A DNA stretch of 62,474 bases, filler included, from Nemertoderma westbladi (taxonomy: Eukaryota; Animalia; Xenacoelomorpha): the NCBI GenBank assembly GCA_032718475.1. It is 4 parts of 4 records of this genome, joined end to end, with 100 filler letters (N's around TTAATTAATTAA, not from the genome) between each part and the next. Parts side by side here need not be neighbours in the genome. Positions count along the whole stretch, not along the records: positions 21,785 to 42,870 come from JAUCBJ010007865.1; 3 more parts are not named here. One strand, given 5' to 3'. Under the pieces are notes generated by a model. It was not told where the DNA came from and made no database searches. It worked only from the letters and a program-made list of their open reading frames with translations. Of this stretch, positions 24,790 through 36,679 are shown in pieces; position 1 is the first letter of the stretch; each line of letters begins with the position of its first letter. Position numbers and translations under genes: made by a program.

Positions 24790-26040
24790 GTATGAATCAA
24801 AAAGTTAAGAATAATAATTTCAGTTTTAGACACATTGATGCAATTGCAGTTTGTGATATAATTTCAAAACTAAATGAAAATAAATCACAGGGTCCCTCAA
24901 AAGTTCCACCCAAAATAATAAAATTAATAGCACCTTATATAGTATTTATCTTCACTTATTTAATTAACGGCCAATATTTATAGGCCAATATCAGTAACTT
25001 CATCTTTCGCAAATATATATGAACGTGTTATTTATATCCAATTAATAAATTATATAACTAAAAATAAACTACTCCCAACCAAATAGTTCGGATTTAGGAA
25101 ATCATATTCTACAAAGGACGCTATACTTTACGCAACAGAGAACTGGAGATCAAAACTTGACGTAGGAAACCATGTTGCTGTAGCAGCTCTTGACTTAAGT
25201 AAGGATTTTGACTCTCTGAGCCACAGTATACTTCTCCTTAAACTGAAAGAAATCGGACTCCACTCAACTGCTGTTACTTTCATGTGCAACTACCTTACCA
25301 ATCGTAAACAAAGGGTCAAAATAAATGGGGACTACTCTAGCTGGGAACAGACGGAACGGGGAATTCCACAAGGAACGCTTCTAGGCCCACTTATGTTCCT
25401 CATATACGTCAATGAAATATCGGAATCTGAGAATCTTAACATCATTCAATACGCTGACGATACCCTTATTTTTGCTACAGGACCAGATCCTATAACAGCC
25501 ACCAAAATACTAGCGGAACGTATAACAAAAATAGAACGACAATTTTGTAACTCTAAAAATGCAAGTAAATACGGAAAAAACAGAGGTCATCTTAATAACA
25601 CCTAATTCTAGAACCACTGAAATCAATGAAATTAACCTACAATTAGGAAAAACAATAATACAACAAAGTTGGCAATTCAAATACTTAGGAGCATCGATTG
25701 ATAACAAACTAAATTGGAAACCACAAATTAAATCAATCACAGAAAAAATGACCCACGCAGTATCCTGTCTAAGACTAATAAAGGGCCAATTACCAACAAG
25801 CACAACACTTACTGTATTTAAAGCAACTGTTCTGCCATTACATAACTACTGCTGTGAAATTATCGCTCCACTTCACGAAACACATGGGTACATAAATACG
25901 GGCTAGATAAAATACAAAATTACAGATTACGCACCGTTTACTGCAAAAAAAATTAGAGACGCTACAGGGACAGAACTACGTTCACAAGCAAAATTACCAC
26001 ATTTACAAGCACTTAGGAATTACTATGCATTAAAATACTA
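24790..26040 (+). mobile_element. Degenerate CR1/L2-group LINE RT
   Basis: LDLSKDFDSLSH, GIPQGTLLGPLMFLIYVNE, QYADDT, FKYLGASIDNKLNW; stops and frameshifts. Confidence 0.88.
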
Positions 26041-26052
26041 TTATAAATACTT

Positions 26053-27359
26053 TTACGATCTATCGACACCGTTTAAAAATTGTAAACTCTTATCGTGAAC
26101 TAAATCTAATCTCTTTCTCTCAGCACATCCACCTCCATTACTCTGGTATCTAAAAATTACCTCCTGATTATCAGACTGGTAACTGCCACACCCGGTACAC
26201 AGAATCATCCCGTCTTCAAAAACTTTCATTCCTAATTTCTTATTCTTAGTTTGTTTAGTAATTAATCCCATTTCTTCCGCGTATCCCGTTCCGTACCAAG
26301 TAAGGAGTTCCGTACCGGCTGCAACTGGTTAACAGACCCGATAATACATCTCCTCTCCGAACTGAAACCCACAAACAGTTTGTTCCTCTTCCCATTTGGC
26401 GCAGTTTAGTGGTAAACTGCGCCAAATGGGAAGAGGAACAAACCGTTTGTGGGTTCCACCTTGCGCATCCAATTCGACTTGAACTCCCATCTCCCGCTGA
26501 TAGTAAATAATTTACCCTCATCGTCCAACTTCAACCAGCTGTAACCGTCCCGTCGGGCTTCCCGGGTTTAGGTTTACCTGGTTTCCTCCTTCCGTCATAA
26601 GGGCCAAAGAATGTTCCCGGAATCAGGTCGACCTTGGTAAACACTCCTTTATTATGAATAGGGGATTTCTTTATCTCCAAACACGACGGAATTGTTCTGC
26701 TGCCCAGGTTCCTTCCACCAGGATTTGTTTCAGTATTCGGTATGAAGTTAAATTCCCCGTGTACTGGACACTGCCAGAATGTTCGCAGACTGCAAAGGTC
26801 GCAGAATAAAGTTGTTGAAGGATTTTATAGGGCAATTACGGTTGGCGTAATCGACCTCCTTTCTGGATCGTAAACCACGTCGCGGTTCGAAAGGAGCAGT
26901 CGATTTAGAAGTGACGACATTTTAATGCGACTCAACTGTAGAAGAACCCGAAATCAATTAGCCATTTCATCAGCTATAACTTATTCTTCTTCGTCAGCTA
27001 CTGAGGTCGGACTACCCCGACTAGAAGTCCTTTCGGCTTCGGTTCCAACGCGTCCGAAACTGTTAGCGAGTTTATCGTTAACCGATTCCACGACACTCCG
27101 TACAGACAGACAGTATCCGAATGTCTACCGGTACAGACAGACAGTATCCGAATGTCTACCGGAACTGACGCCATCAACATCCTCCAACAGATCGATCGCT
27201 ATTATATCAGATAGATTCACATTGGGAATACAGAACATTCTAGCGTTTCTGTTATTTTCTCGATGAAATCAGTTGGTTCGCTAATCGATAGCGAATTAAT
27301 CGATAATATCGGTCGGAGATAGAGTCATTAAGTTTCCTTCTGTGGCTGAAAGCGGACAT
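26053..27359 (-). pseudogene. Intronless PRDM-family (zinc knuckle + PR/SET) pseudogene; recognisable core about 26270-26815
   Basis: Manual translation across frameshifts: LFCDLC...CPVHG, SPIHNKGVFT, GTFFGPYDG, GYSW, SNWMRKV/NCAKWEEEQ, EMYYRVC, GTELLTWYGTGYAEEMG; upstream limit approximate. Confidence 0.85.
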
Positions 27360-28574
27360 GTTTAATTAATTACCAATTTTATAGACATTTCATAGACATT
27401 TTAATTGGGTATTAATGTTGCCACATACAGTATTTAAATAATAAAGTTAGTGTAATCGCCCACACTGAGCTCGCAGGTACTGTAGTTTCTTTTAGGCTAT
27501 TAATGTCAACAAAATTGCTAAAAATTTAACATAAAAAAGTATATCTCATCAATTTAAACAATGTTAACACAAAAAAATATTCAGAACTAAATAAAAAATA
27601 TTTTTTGGGCTTCACAACAGATTAACCAAACATCAAAATTGATTGTTAAACGCCAAAAACAATAACCACAAATAAACAAAGTAATTGTCTCCAAAACCAA
27701 TTATCCATACCAAAATTAAGGACAAACATCAGTCAAACACCCAAAATAAATAAAACTTTTCTCCAAAATAAATTCCCCCAAAATAAATATATTATAAACC
27801 CAATTTAAATTAATATCGAGAAAATCATTTTGAAATACCAATTGAGGGAAAGGAGCAGTTTATATATGTTGTACTTTCTAAGAAAAATAATAAACAATAT
27901 CATTAAAAATTAAGAAAAATGAGCAGGTTACAGTGTCAGTATACTACAATATACAAATGAATAAACATATATAAAATAGAAATTGGTAATCAATGATAAA
28001 GTTCCCGTAAAATATTGGCGGAAACGTCATATTTGGTGCGGGAAGTATCGTTTTGGGGTACAAATAATTATATTTTGGTTACCGGTTTGCAGTAATTTAA
28101 TTATTTTTGGGATGCGAGATTTTTAAATTGGGGGATGTAAATTGTTGTCGCTATTAAAGAACATTAATCGAACATAACGGCAAATAATAGCAGCAAACGA
28201 TATGGCAGATATTGTGGAATGGGGAGTCTACCAATTGTTCATTATTGGAGCTTTTCCCCAATCATTTTCCCTCAATAAATATTTCATGGTATTTTGCTGG
28301 TGTTGTTCAGAGATAGCGCGATTCGGGTAACCTTTATGTTGATAAAAATAATATCCCTCCGGTAAATATATAAAAACTCTATAAATTATTTAATTAATAT
28401 GGCCGTACTATTTACTAATTATAATAATATTAACTAATAACTAATATTACTAATTAATATGGCGTTAATACTCTCTCCAGTTTTATAAAAAATATCCCCG
28501 CCACTAGATTCATTACCGGCGCCCGCGCCATCTATATGGGGTGGGAATTTACCCCTCTCAGTTTAATATCCGTT

Positions 28575-29101
28575 TTATAACCTCTTCCATCTAAGAATCG
28601 ATACTTCTCTCTTCACTCGGACTGCTGCTACTTCCCTCGCTACGCTCGATGCTGTCGCTGTACCGTTCATCCGGGCGTGGCGTCGCGTTCCTTCTGTAAT
28701 AAGGAAGTACCGGATCCGAGTACAGGCCACGGATTCCGTGTCAGATTCATCCAAACAAACATCGACAATAATAACCTGAAATATGGAGTGATCCATAGAA
28801 ACGGAACCATCTTTATCTCCCACCTCAACTATCATATCCATCGGTTCATCATTGATTCCCACTATCTTACCTTAAGGAATAACTTTCATACCAGACATTC
28901 TAATAGTCCTTATCTTCATAAAATCTGGAGGTTCTATTGGTTTGGCTCTGAGCTCGTTAAATCAGCATCTCGAATTGGTCCTTCAAGGCCAACGATCGAC
29001 GTCTATCGTACAGTAGATGCTCATTACTTCCCATTCACGGTCGTAAAAGTAGTGATGGATAGAATCTAACTCATTGTCTTCAACAGCAGAATTCATTGAC
29101 A
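28575..29101 (-). pseudogene. Decayed unknown ORF
   Basis: Coding-like GC island between AT-rich spacers; 95-aa open C-terminal part, upstream part with stops; no recognised motif. Confidence 0.3.
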
Positions 29102-31550
29102 TCGAAGAGTTAATGTGGTATAAATTGATTTAAAATACTAATAATAAAATTATATAAAAATACAGTTCGACCTTTTGTCATTCTAGAAGTAGAACGTACT
29201 CTAAACGAATATATTTTAGTGATACAGTAGGCCTACTGTAGGTACCATTAGAAAAACTAAGCAAGCTATTGTAGGTTAGGTGTCAGACAGGTCTGGTCTG
29301 TACCGTAACTGTCGGTTAGTAAGTAGGTCGGTTATCGTTTATTATATAATAACCTATAAAGATAAACTAAATCCTAAAAAAATTACCGGAAACAAACGCT
29401 CATGATTGGCGGTTTACAATGTGGGAATTTTGAATCGCACTATAGTTTTGTACGGTTGTTTAAGTGGTTACTTTACTACATCAGAAAGAAAGTGTTTTTG
29501 AATATTTTACTATGTACATGTACAATGTAATTGTATTTGTACCATCCTGTAGTAATTTCTAGTCAATTAGTGACCTTAAAAAACAAAATGTCTAAGTTCC
29601 TTTTATGAGTCAACGACTCGTATTTTTGACACTTAACTTGGCTTTTGAAGCCTGCAAATGTCAACTGTGATAAGGTCGTGGCGAAGGATGGAAGAGTAGT
29701 GGGTTATTTACAAACTATGCCTGCGAAAGGTCATAACCAATAAGAATCTGACAGCGAAAGGTAGTATTCGCCTTGGCCTGCTTAGAAACCTGTCAAAGAT
29801 AATTATTGAATTCAGGATCACAACCGGCCATCCGCCGCTCCTCGCTCCGCCTTGTTTGACTGACTGACTGACACTGAGAATATAGGCCTACGTACTGTAG
29901 TATACGGTATCCATCCTAAACTACAGTAGACAAAGCCTATCTAGGGCGATAAGTAGAATACACTATCTCTAAGTGGTGATAATTACTATTCACATTGTAT
30001 TTGTACAGGCAGACAGGACGGCACCCCAACAATATTAGACATACTGTACAAGAATTAAGCTAAGCAAATAAGCCTACATTTTTATAATACATTTACTGAT
30101 ATACCCAATCAGCCAATCAGACCATAAATTACCAATTAATTAGCCTTAAAATCACCCTAACCACCTAGAGTAGCCAGCTGCAAATGGGGTATAAAATCGC
30201 GTAAGAACACCTTAATTCTGAGAGGAATCGTAATAAAAGAACGCTGTAACATGAACACAACATTGAAAGTCCGCGTAATATAATCACAAAAGCGAAATCG
30301 CGCGGTTACATAAATGCAACGCCGAAAGTATTCGGTAACATGAACGAACATATCACCGAAAATGTGCGGTAACATAAACACTAGGCCTACCTACACCGAA
30401 AACGCGATGTTCAGATTACGGGTAATATTAAATACGGTACATTACCAGTACCGGTAGGCTTGTTATTTAATAAACAAAAGTACGCTAGAGTATAAAAATA
30501 TTCAAATGTTTAAATACTTCATCAAGCATTGTTGAAAAACAACAGGCTTAGAAGAATAGGCCTACTAATTATTATGATTAACGCCACAGAATAAAAATAC
30601 CTTGCCAACTCATAGATAAATGAAAAAAAAATAAAATTTAATGTTATAATTATTCTAGAAATATCAAACTTACCGGTATGATAAACGAAACCTAGGCCGA
30701 CCGTTATCTATGTATGGTACCTACGGCAACCGGTACACTAGGCCTATAAGCTCTTCCGGAAGGCTTTACCATGGCCATGGGCCTACCATCCTACCTAATG
30801 CATATCTTCATATTGAAAGGGGATGAGTAGGCCTACACCGCTAAAAAGTTTCACTTTACCGATTGTTATACTGACTACCGGTACGTGCTTATTGCCTGAA
30901 TGTATATCAACCGAGGCTGTCAGCTATCTTCAGAAAATGTTTCACTTTACCGATTGGCACACTGCTACCGGTACATATAGGGTCATATAGACTATAATGC
31001 AAGGACCACTGTCCGTAGTCCTTGCTATAATGTCAATCTCTGCATGTCTGCATGTGTAACACCGAAGTCTGTCTTCAGACAAGCTACAGGTCAAAACATT
31101 AAATATCCTCGCATTCCTTTTATTATAGGCCCTAAGCGGTTCAAACTGAAACATTTCAGATATGAATTTATCTTTGTAGCACGTAGGGCGTATGGGGTTT
31201 ATCTGTTGGGGCCTCTATTGTACCATGGCCTACTTTATATATATACTGTATATACCGGTACAGTAGTAGGCCATGATTGTACCCTCATACGCTCACTCTA
31301 CGGTTGTTAATACTGTACATCAAATTGATTACTGGCGTTCCTTACCACGTTCCACCATACATCAAACCCCTCGACTGCGACTGGGACACTTCGACTGGAA
31401 CCCCGTTCAGCAGACCTACATCAGCTGACATTCGGAAAATGTTTAATTTTCAGCTTGAATGCCCATTTCGTTTCGGTGTAGCCGTGTCGCCGTGTGTTGT
31501 GACAAATGCCTAATGTATTATGAATATGCAGTGTAGTAGCAAAGCAATCA

Positions 31551-31645
31551 GTCGGCCGAAGCCGGAGGCGACCCGAAAGGCTCCTCTTTCGATAGCTGCT
31601 ACCCGAAGGTAGGGGTGGGCGCTACTCCTATCCCAAAATTTGCTC
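31551..31645. repeat. Dispersed repeat fragment homologous to 17597-17690
   Basis: GGCCGAAGCCGGAGGCGACCCGAAAGGCTCC...CTGCTACCCGAAGGTAGGGGTGGGCGCTACTCC. Confidence 0.55.
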
Positions 31646-32413
31646 CCAGTTATTTAACTGGTAGATGAATATGAATCAATGAATATAGTACAGGCTTGTT
31701 ATACAGCACATCTTGGCTTGGCTGTGAATGAAAAAGCACAAAAATTCCCTAAACCAAAGATGTAATACAAATTAATTTAGGTGTTTAATGCAATAACTTA
31801 CTGTATAACAGATACTGATCTCCTGAAACTGGCTGAAAGTCCTCCCTTTGTTTGTTAATGCCATACTCCCCATACACGCCATTAATTAATTATGTATTCC
31901 TCCTGTATTAATCCTACTTCTATATTGAATATTATAGACTACTGCAGTGTGGGCAGTGTGAGGCGAGCTACAGGAATATTCCTACAGCTACAGCTGTAGG
32001 AAGCTGTGAGCCTCTAAGCATACAGTTATAAGTAGGTACCGAATCGGCATTGTGTGTCTGTTTCTGTTTCTGTCCGACTGGGGGTGAGTACGAAACAAAG
32101 ACCCAATTAAGTAAGCTGCATAATCTTGTAACGTGTATTAACTTTCGTTTATTGTTTTGGTTCCCCCAACACGCCTCATGTAAGCTGCTCCTTTAAATGG
32201 CAATGGGACCTAACGCTCTTTGGCTTTTTTCTTTTCTAACGCGACTTTACCTCTTTGTTTTGTACAGTGGGTCTTGGATCTTTGTTTTGTACTTACTTAC
32301 TCGTCCGACTGGATAAATACTTGAACCTAAATATCTCAGTAACAACCCGGTGAAAATGTCAAGATTATATGTAAGATCGTTGTACTTGCTTGTACAACTT
32401 ATAACAACCTTTA

Positions 32414-32666
32414 TAACAAGCGCGAAATCGCACAAAGGTCCGCGTCTACTAACGCATGAAATATCTCCTTGAATGGCTTACTACCAATCTTACAACAACA
32501 AAAAACTAACCTGAATGGGGGATTGAACTCGGTACCTAGAGATTCCAAGTCCCACGCTCTGCCAACTGAGCCACTGGGGGCCGTATCAAGCATTAATACC
32601 AAAACCTAACGAGAAATTAACAACAACAACGGAGTGAATACTAGAGGTCGCGCTACGCGGACCTAA
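32414..32666 (+). mobile_element. Short Helentron-associated (HINE/DINE-like) element
   Basis: Subterminal inverted repeat AGGTCCGCGT (32436-32445) / ACGCGGACCT (32655-32664); 3' hairpin AGGTCGCGCTACGCGGACCT; 5' end matches the start of the 36680 satellite. Confidence 0.6.
32510..32582 (-). pseudogene. tRNA-like pseudogene or Pol III cassette inside the HINE-like element
   Basis: A box TGGCTCAGTTGG, anticodon-like arm TGGGA-CTTGGAA-TCTCT, B box GAGTTCAATCC, downstream T-run; acceptor stem does not pair. Confidence 0.65.
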
Positions 32667-33322
32667 GAAGCAAATTACGATGGAACACTTAAACAATGCC
32701 TATTTGAACCGCAACTAGAAATTGTATGCGAACATTACAGACCGCTGTAACTATCAATATATAGCACAGTACTATCGCCAGTAATGGGTGTAGTTGCATG
32801 AAAAAAAAAATTCACCGCGAATGCTTATTTTTTCCAAATCTTACATTCTTTCATCTCCCTCCTCAGTAGTGGGTTGAGACGGGGGGGGGGGGGGGGGAAC
32901 ATTACACCAGTTACACTGCAGGAACTGTTAGAAAGCTGGCCTGGGTGTTCAAGGATTCCTAATACTAATATGCAGAAATATTTGAATTGGTTGAAAATAG
33001 CTGAGATATCGGCATTCTAAAGTTAATTAAATGTTCATAAATAAAATAAAAATGTAAAAAAAATTCGTCAGTACTGTAGTTAGCCCAGAATCAGTATATC
33101 CTGATATCGGTATTGCATGATTGATTAATGATTACTGCTACTGCATTCTGGCATTCCATCGGATGATCCGTGTTCAGGTGTTACAGCAATTTTCTGATTT
33201 TACAGTATTCAGGTCAATTACTGCAGTGCTGTTCAGCTGTTATTACTGTATTCAGGTACCTGCATTGCTGTATTAGACTTAATATATCGGATTGTTAGGC
33301 CCTGTATGAATATTACTGTATT

Positions 33323-33835
33323 ATGGAATTAGCACGGCGTCTGTGTGTAATGCGATTGGGCCGGTGTGTACGCCCGCTCCCAACCCGTCGTTGGTACGCT
33401 ACGGAGGCCGCCGCTGTTTCCGGTAACGAACTCGTCCTCACGTTCTCCACCCCCTCCGAGCTGCACTACAACCGCTCCCTCGAGGTGCAGCAGGTGGACG
33501 TCCCAACCACCGACGGAATCGTCGGTATCCTCGCCAAACACGTCCCCGTTATCGGGGTCCTCGCCCCGGGGTTGATGACGGTACACGAGAAGGGCGGAGC
33601 CAACAAACAGTTCTTCGTGAGTAGCGGGAGTCTCGCGGTGAACGAGGACTCTACGGTGCAGGTGCTGGCGGAGGAAGCCGTGCCGGTGGAGCAACTGGAT
33701 GCGGACGAGACTCGGAAAGCGATGGACGAGATCCGACAAGGGTTAGCCTCCGCGGCCGACGAGAAGGCCAAGACTGAGGCGGAAATACAAATCGGATTGT
33801 GTGAAGCGGTTTTAGTCGCACTGGGTAGCAAATAA
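33323..33835 (+). CDS. ATP5F1D: Mitochondrial ATP synthase F1 subunit delta, single-exon CDS
   Basis: Arg-rich presequence (RRWYA), LTFSTPS, VQQVDVPT..G..GILAKHVP, FFVSSGS..VNEDSTVQVLAEEA, helical C-terminus EAEIQI. Confidence 0.96.
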   Translation: MELARRLCVMRLGRCVRPLPTRRWYATEAAAVSGNELVLTFSTPSELHYNRSLEVQQVDVPTTDGIVGILAKHVPVIGVLAPGLMTVHEKGGANKQFFVSSGSLAVNEDSTVQVLAEEAVPVEQLDADETRKAMDEIRQGLASAADEKAKTEAEIQIGLCEAVLVALGSK

Positions 33836-34154
33836 GCAAATGTTTATAGAAGATTTATTAGATAAATTCGATCGTATTTTAGTTTGAATCTCAAAAACAA
33901 ACATATGACTTCAGCTGTACGTTGTTATTGTACGTACATTGTGTATTTATTTACGATAGGCCACCTGGCCAATACTAGTTTGCAATTAAACGTGTTTATA
34001 GTTATTTTCAATTTAAATCCTATTCGTTGTTGATGCGTTAAGGCACTGTATTATTATGTATAAATAACTGCAGAACTGGCAACTGGTTATAGCTATTTAT
34101 AAAACGGCACTTAAATAAATAAATCTCACAAAAGCGTTTAAATACAGATGTGCT

Positions 34155-34445
34155 TCATGTAAAGTAATTTCGGCGGATTTTTTGTTCACCTATTACTGTA
34201 ATAAGTTTCAATAATAATTTGGTCTTGCTCACTCTGTTGTGTCCGACGGAGTTAATTAACGCTGAGGAATAGAAACTGGTGGAGATGAGGTTGCTGAGAG
34301 GCGGTGTGGAGACGAGTTCCGTTCTCCTGAAGAGATCCCGCCGTATCAGCACCAGATAGATCGTGTCGAATGAGATGAGATGGAGTAGAGTACGCTCGAT
34401 AGTTAATCCGTGACTAGTCCTTAACGAACCCAAAAGGTTTGCCAT
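34155..34445 (-). CDS. Hypothetical 96-aa ORF convergent on ATP5F1D
   Basis: GC island with C-ending codons in this frame; AAATAAATG start context; no recognised family. Confidence 0.3.
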   Translation of the reverse strand: MANLLGSLRTSHGLTIERTLLHLISFDTIYLVLIRRDLFRRTELVSTPPLSNLISTSFYSSALINSVGHNRVSKTKLLLKLITVIGEQKIRRNYFT

Positions 34446-34944
34446 TTATTTAATAAACAATTTGTTAAAAATTATTTGGTTTATAAATTTAAAATTAACC
34501 TAGTTTTCCCTGAGGATATTTAGCTGGTATTTTACATTCAGTTGGTCTTTGTTACCCCGCCCACCCCCTTAGGGGTTTGGACATTGCAATTAATCGATCA
34601 TATCTTGGTACGGGTTAATGCCAGGGTGAGTAATGGGAACAACTGAGATGGCAGGAACGTATTCCCCGATGTCATTGACCCGGAGGGCACCTGTGCCCAC
34701 TGAGTTACATGCCCATTAAGTTTGATTGCCGAGGTCGATCTACCGACCTATCTAATTGTTCGAAAGTTGCGTAATATCATGTGTGCGTCTAAAGTCTTAA
34801 ACTAATAATCATAAATGATTTGTTGTGGGATGGAGTGACTGTGAATTTAATATATATAATGTAGGAGAGCAGTATGATAATGCACTCCATAGCAAAACAT
34901 ATCAACCGACCCTATTGGGGCTCGAACCCGGTATCTAGGTTTGA

Positions 34945-36019
34945 AACTTTTTTTCTTTATAAAGTATATTACTTGGGGTTTCTCAACTCAACTAAAAGGG
35001 CAATGGCCGAACCGATTGAGGTTAATTAGAAAATCATGTTACCCTGGCAACCAGGCTAAACAGATGTTCAAATTTATAAAATCATAATTTGAAGCAAAAC
35101 TTTAAGGTATTATGACTTGGGAACAACCCCTACCCCCACTATATCACATATTCTGAATCCGAATTATATTGTTATATTTGTTTGTTTCCATGACAACCTC
35201 TCCAAACAGACGTTTTGATACAAAAAACTTTAATTTAGACGTAAATTTTTCTGAAACTTGGTATGTGTTATCAGGACCACAAGCTGGAACTTTTTGTAAA
35301 ACTCAAAACGCTCCAGAAATAGATAGTTACCATGGAAACTGGCTTTATTGAAGTCTATATAATTCAAGTCTATATGAATAACTCTATTTGTAGCACAACC
35401 ATAATAGATAGAAACTTGATGTTCTCAAATCAACTACAGTATAAGGTTAATAACCGAGCCAACTGGTGAATCAGAAAATTAAATTACCATGGAAACAGGC
35501 TAAACAGATATTCAAATTCGTATAAAGATAATTTGAAGCATAAAGTCAAGGAATTTCGACTTCGGACCAACACCTACCCTCACTATATCACTCATTCTGC
35601 ATCCAATTTATTGGATAGATTTATTGGATATATTCGCCAAGGTTCCACCTTGGTGTAGTGGTTGCATTGAATTCACATCTCCCGTAGGTCGTGGGTTCGA
35701 TCCTCACATGGGCCAGGGCAGTTTTCGTTTCGGCACGAATGCTTTAAAGGGACTGCATGGAAATAAGTCGTTAGTTAGACTTCGTGTGTAAAATCCCTGG
35801 CCTAGCGGCCGAAGAAAATTTACTTTACTTTTAATTTTACGTTGTTTTATTTCCCAGTTTCCCTGACAACCACTGCAAACAGACTCCAGTTGTCATGGTA
35901 ATGGGAGTTTTTAAGGCATATACCTCAAAACTCTATAAAGCAATGAACTGATGAATCAAAGTTTGTTTAATTTTCCTTAGCTTCGTGGTTGCATTTCCTT
36001 TAGGAAATGCCTTTCTAGT
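34945..36019 (+). mobile_element. Non-autonomous Helitron-like element with internal repeats, interrupted by SINE copy 2
   Basis: 3' hairpin GCATTTCC-TTTA-GGAAATGC followed by CTAGT at about 35990-36019; internal diverged duplication (35030-35200 vs 35480-35610); left boundary approximate. Confidence 0.5.
35641..35840 (+). mobile_element. tRNA-derived SINE, copy 2 (internally deleted)
   Basis: Same A/B boxes and TTTAC tail as 5893-6155. Confidence 0.9.
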
Positions 36020-36679
36020 AAAGTCTATTACTCGAATAATGAAAAAAATGTCTTTGCTATATGTGTATTATTAATACTGAGTGTTAAGTTAGCCTTAATG
36101 GTGCTAAATAATGACTTAGTATGACGATATATGGTATGGAGGAACTCGTTAGGCAGAAATTCTTTGTCAACCACACTATTCCTATTCAATACGCTCTAAA
36201 GCACCAGGTTATGGTAGGGCCAATGGTTGCAGTGGCCAATGTAAGTCCTTTCCAAAACCACAAAAGGCAAGCCCGATATGTTTTACCAACATGAACGTCA
36301 GCGCGCCACCATTACTCCCAAGGTTGTATATAATAATCTCACTATCCAACCCATTTCTTTACTCGCCCAGTATAAACTCTACGTACCAATCGCAGAGGGG
36401 TCGGTGTGTTGAATTTGGTTCCTGGGAGTTAGCAGCGTAAACGAGAACTGTACTTATCTGGACCTCGAATCATTAGTAAATAGTAATCCACTACTCACCT
36501 TCTGTACATAACTGCAACCGCAATACTAAATCGATAGTAACATTATTTAACTAAATTTTATTATTTTTTACTATTTATTAATTTTAAATACTAGTCTCTT
36601 GTAGCAATAATAAACAAAAATTAGTAAAAGCAGAAATTTCCTGAGAAAATGTCCCCAGACTCCCAAACTGATCGTATTA

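Noticed and set aside
33323-33835. Bacterial atpC (epsilon subunit)
   Set aside because: Has a mitochondrial presequence, eukaryotic delta motifs and no atp operon context
33329-33839. Overlapping antisense and alternate-frame ORFs on ATP5F1D (likewise on ARMC8, N4BP2 and BEL pol)
   Set aside because: Expected shadows of real coding sequence, with no motifs
34530-34760. RNase P/MRP-like RNA (GGGAACAACTGAGA resembles CR-I)
   Set aside because: The complementary TTCAGTTG lies upstream rather than downstream, and no CR-V was found
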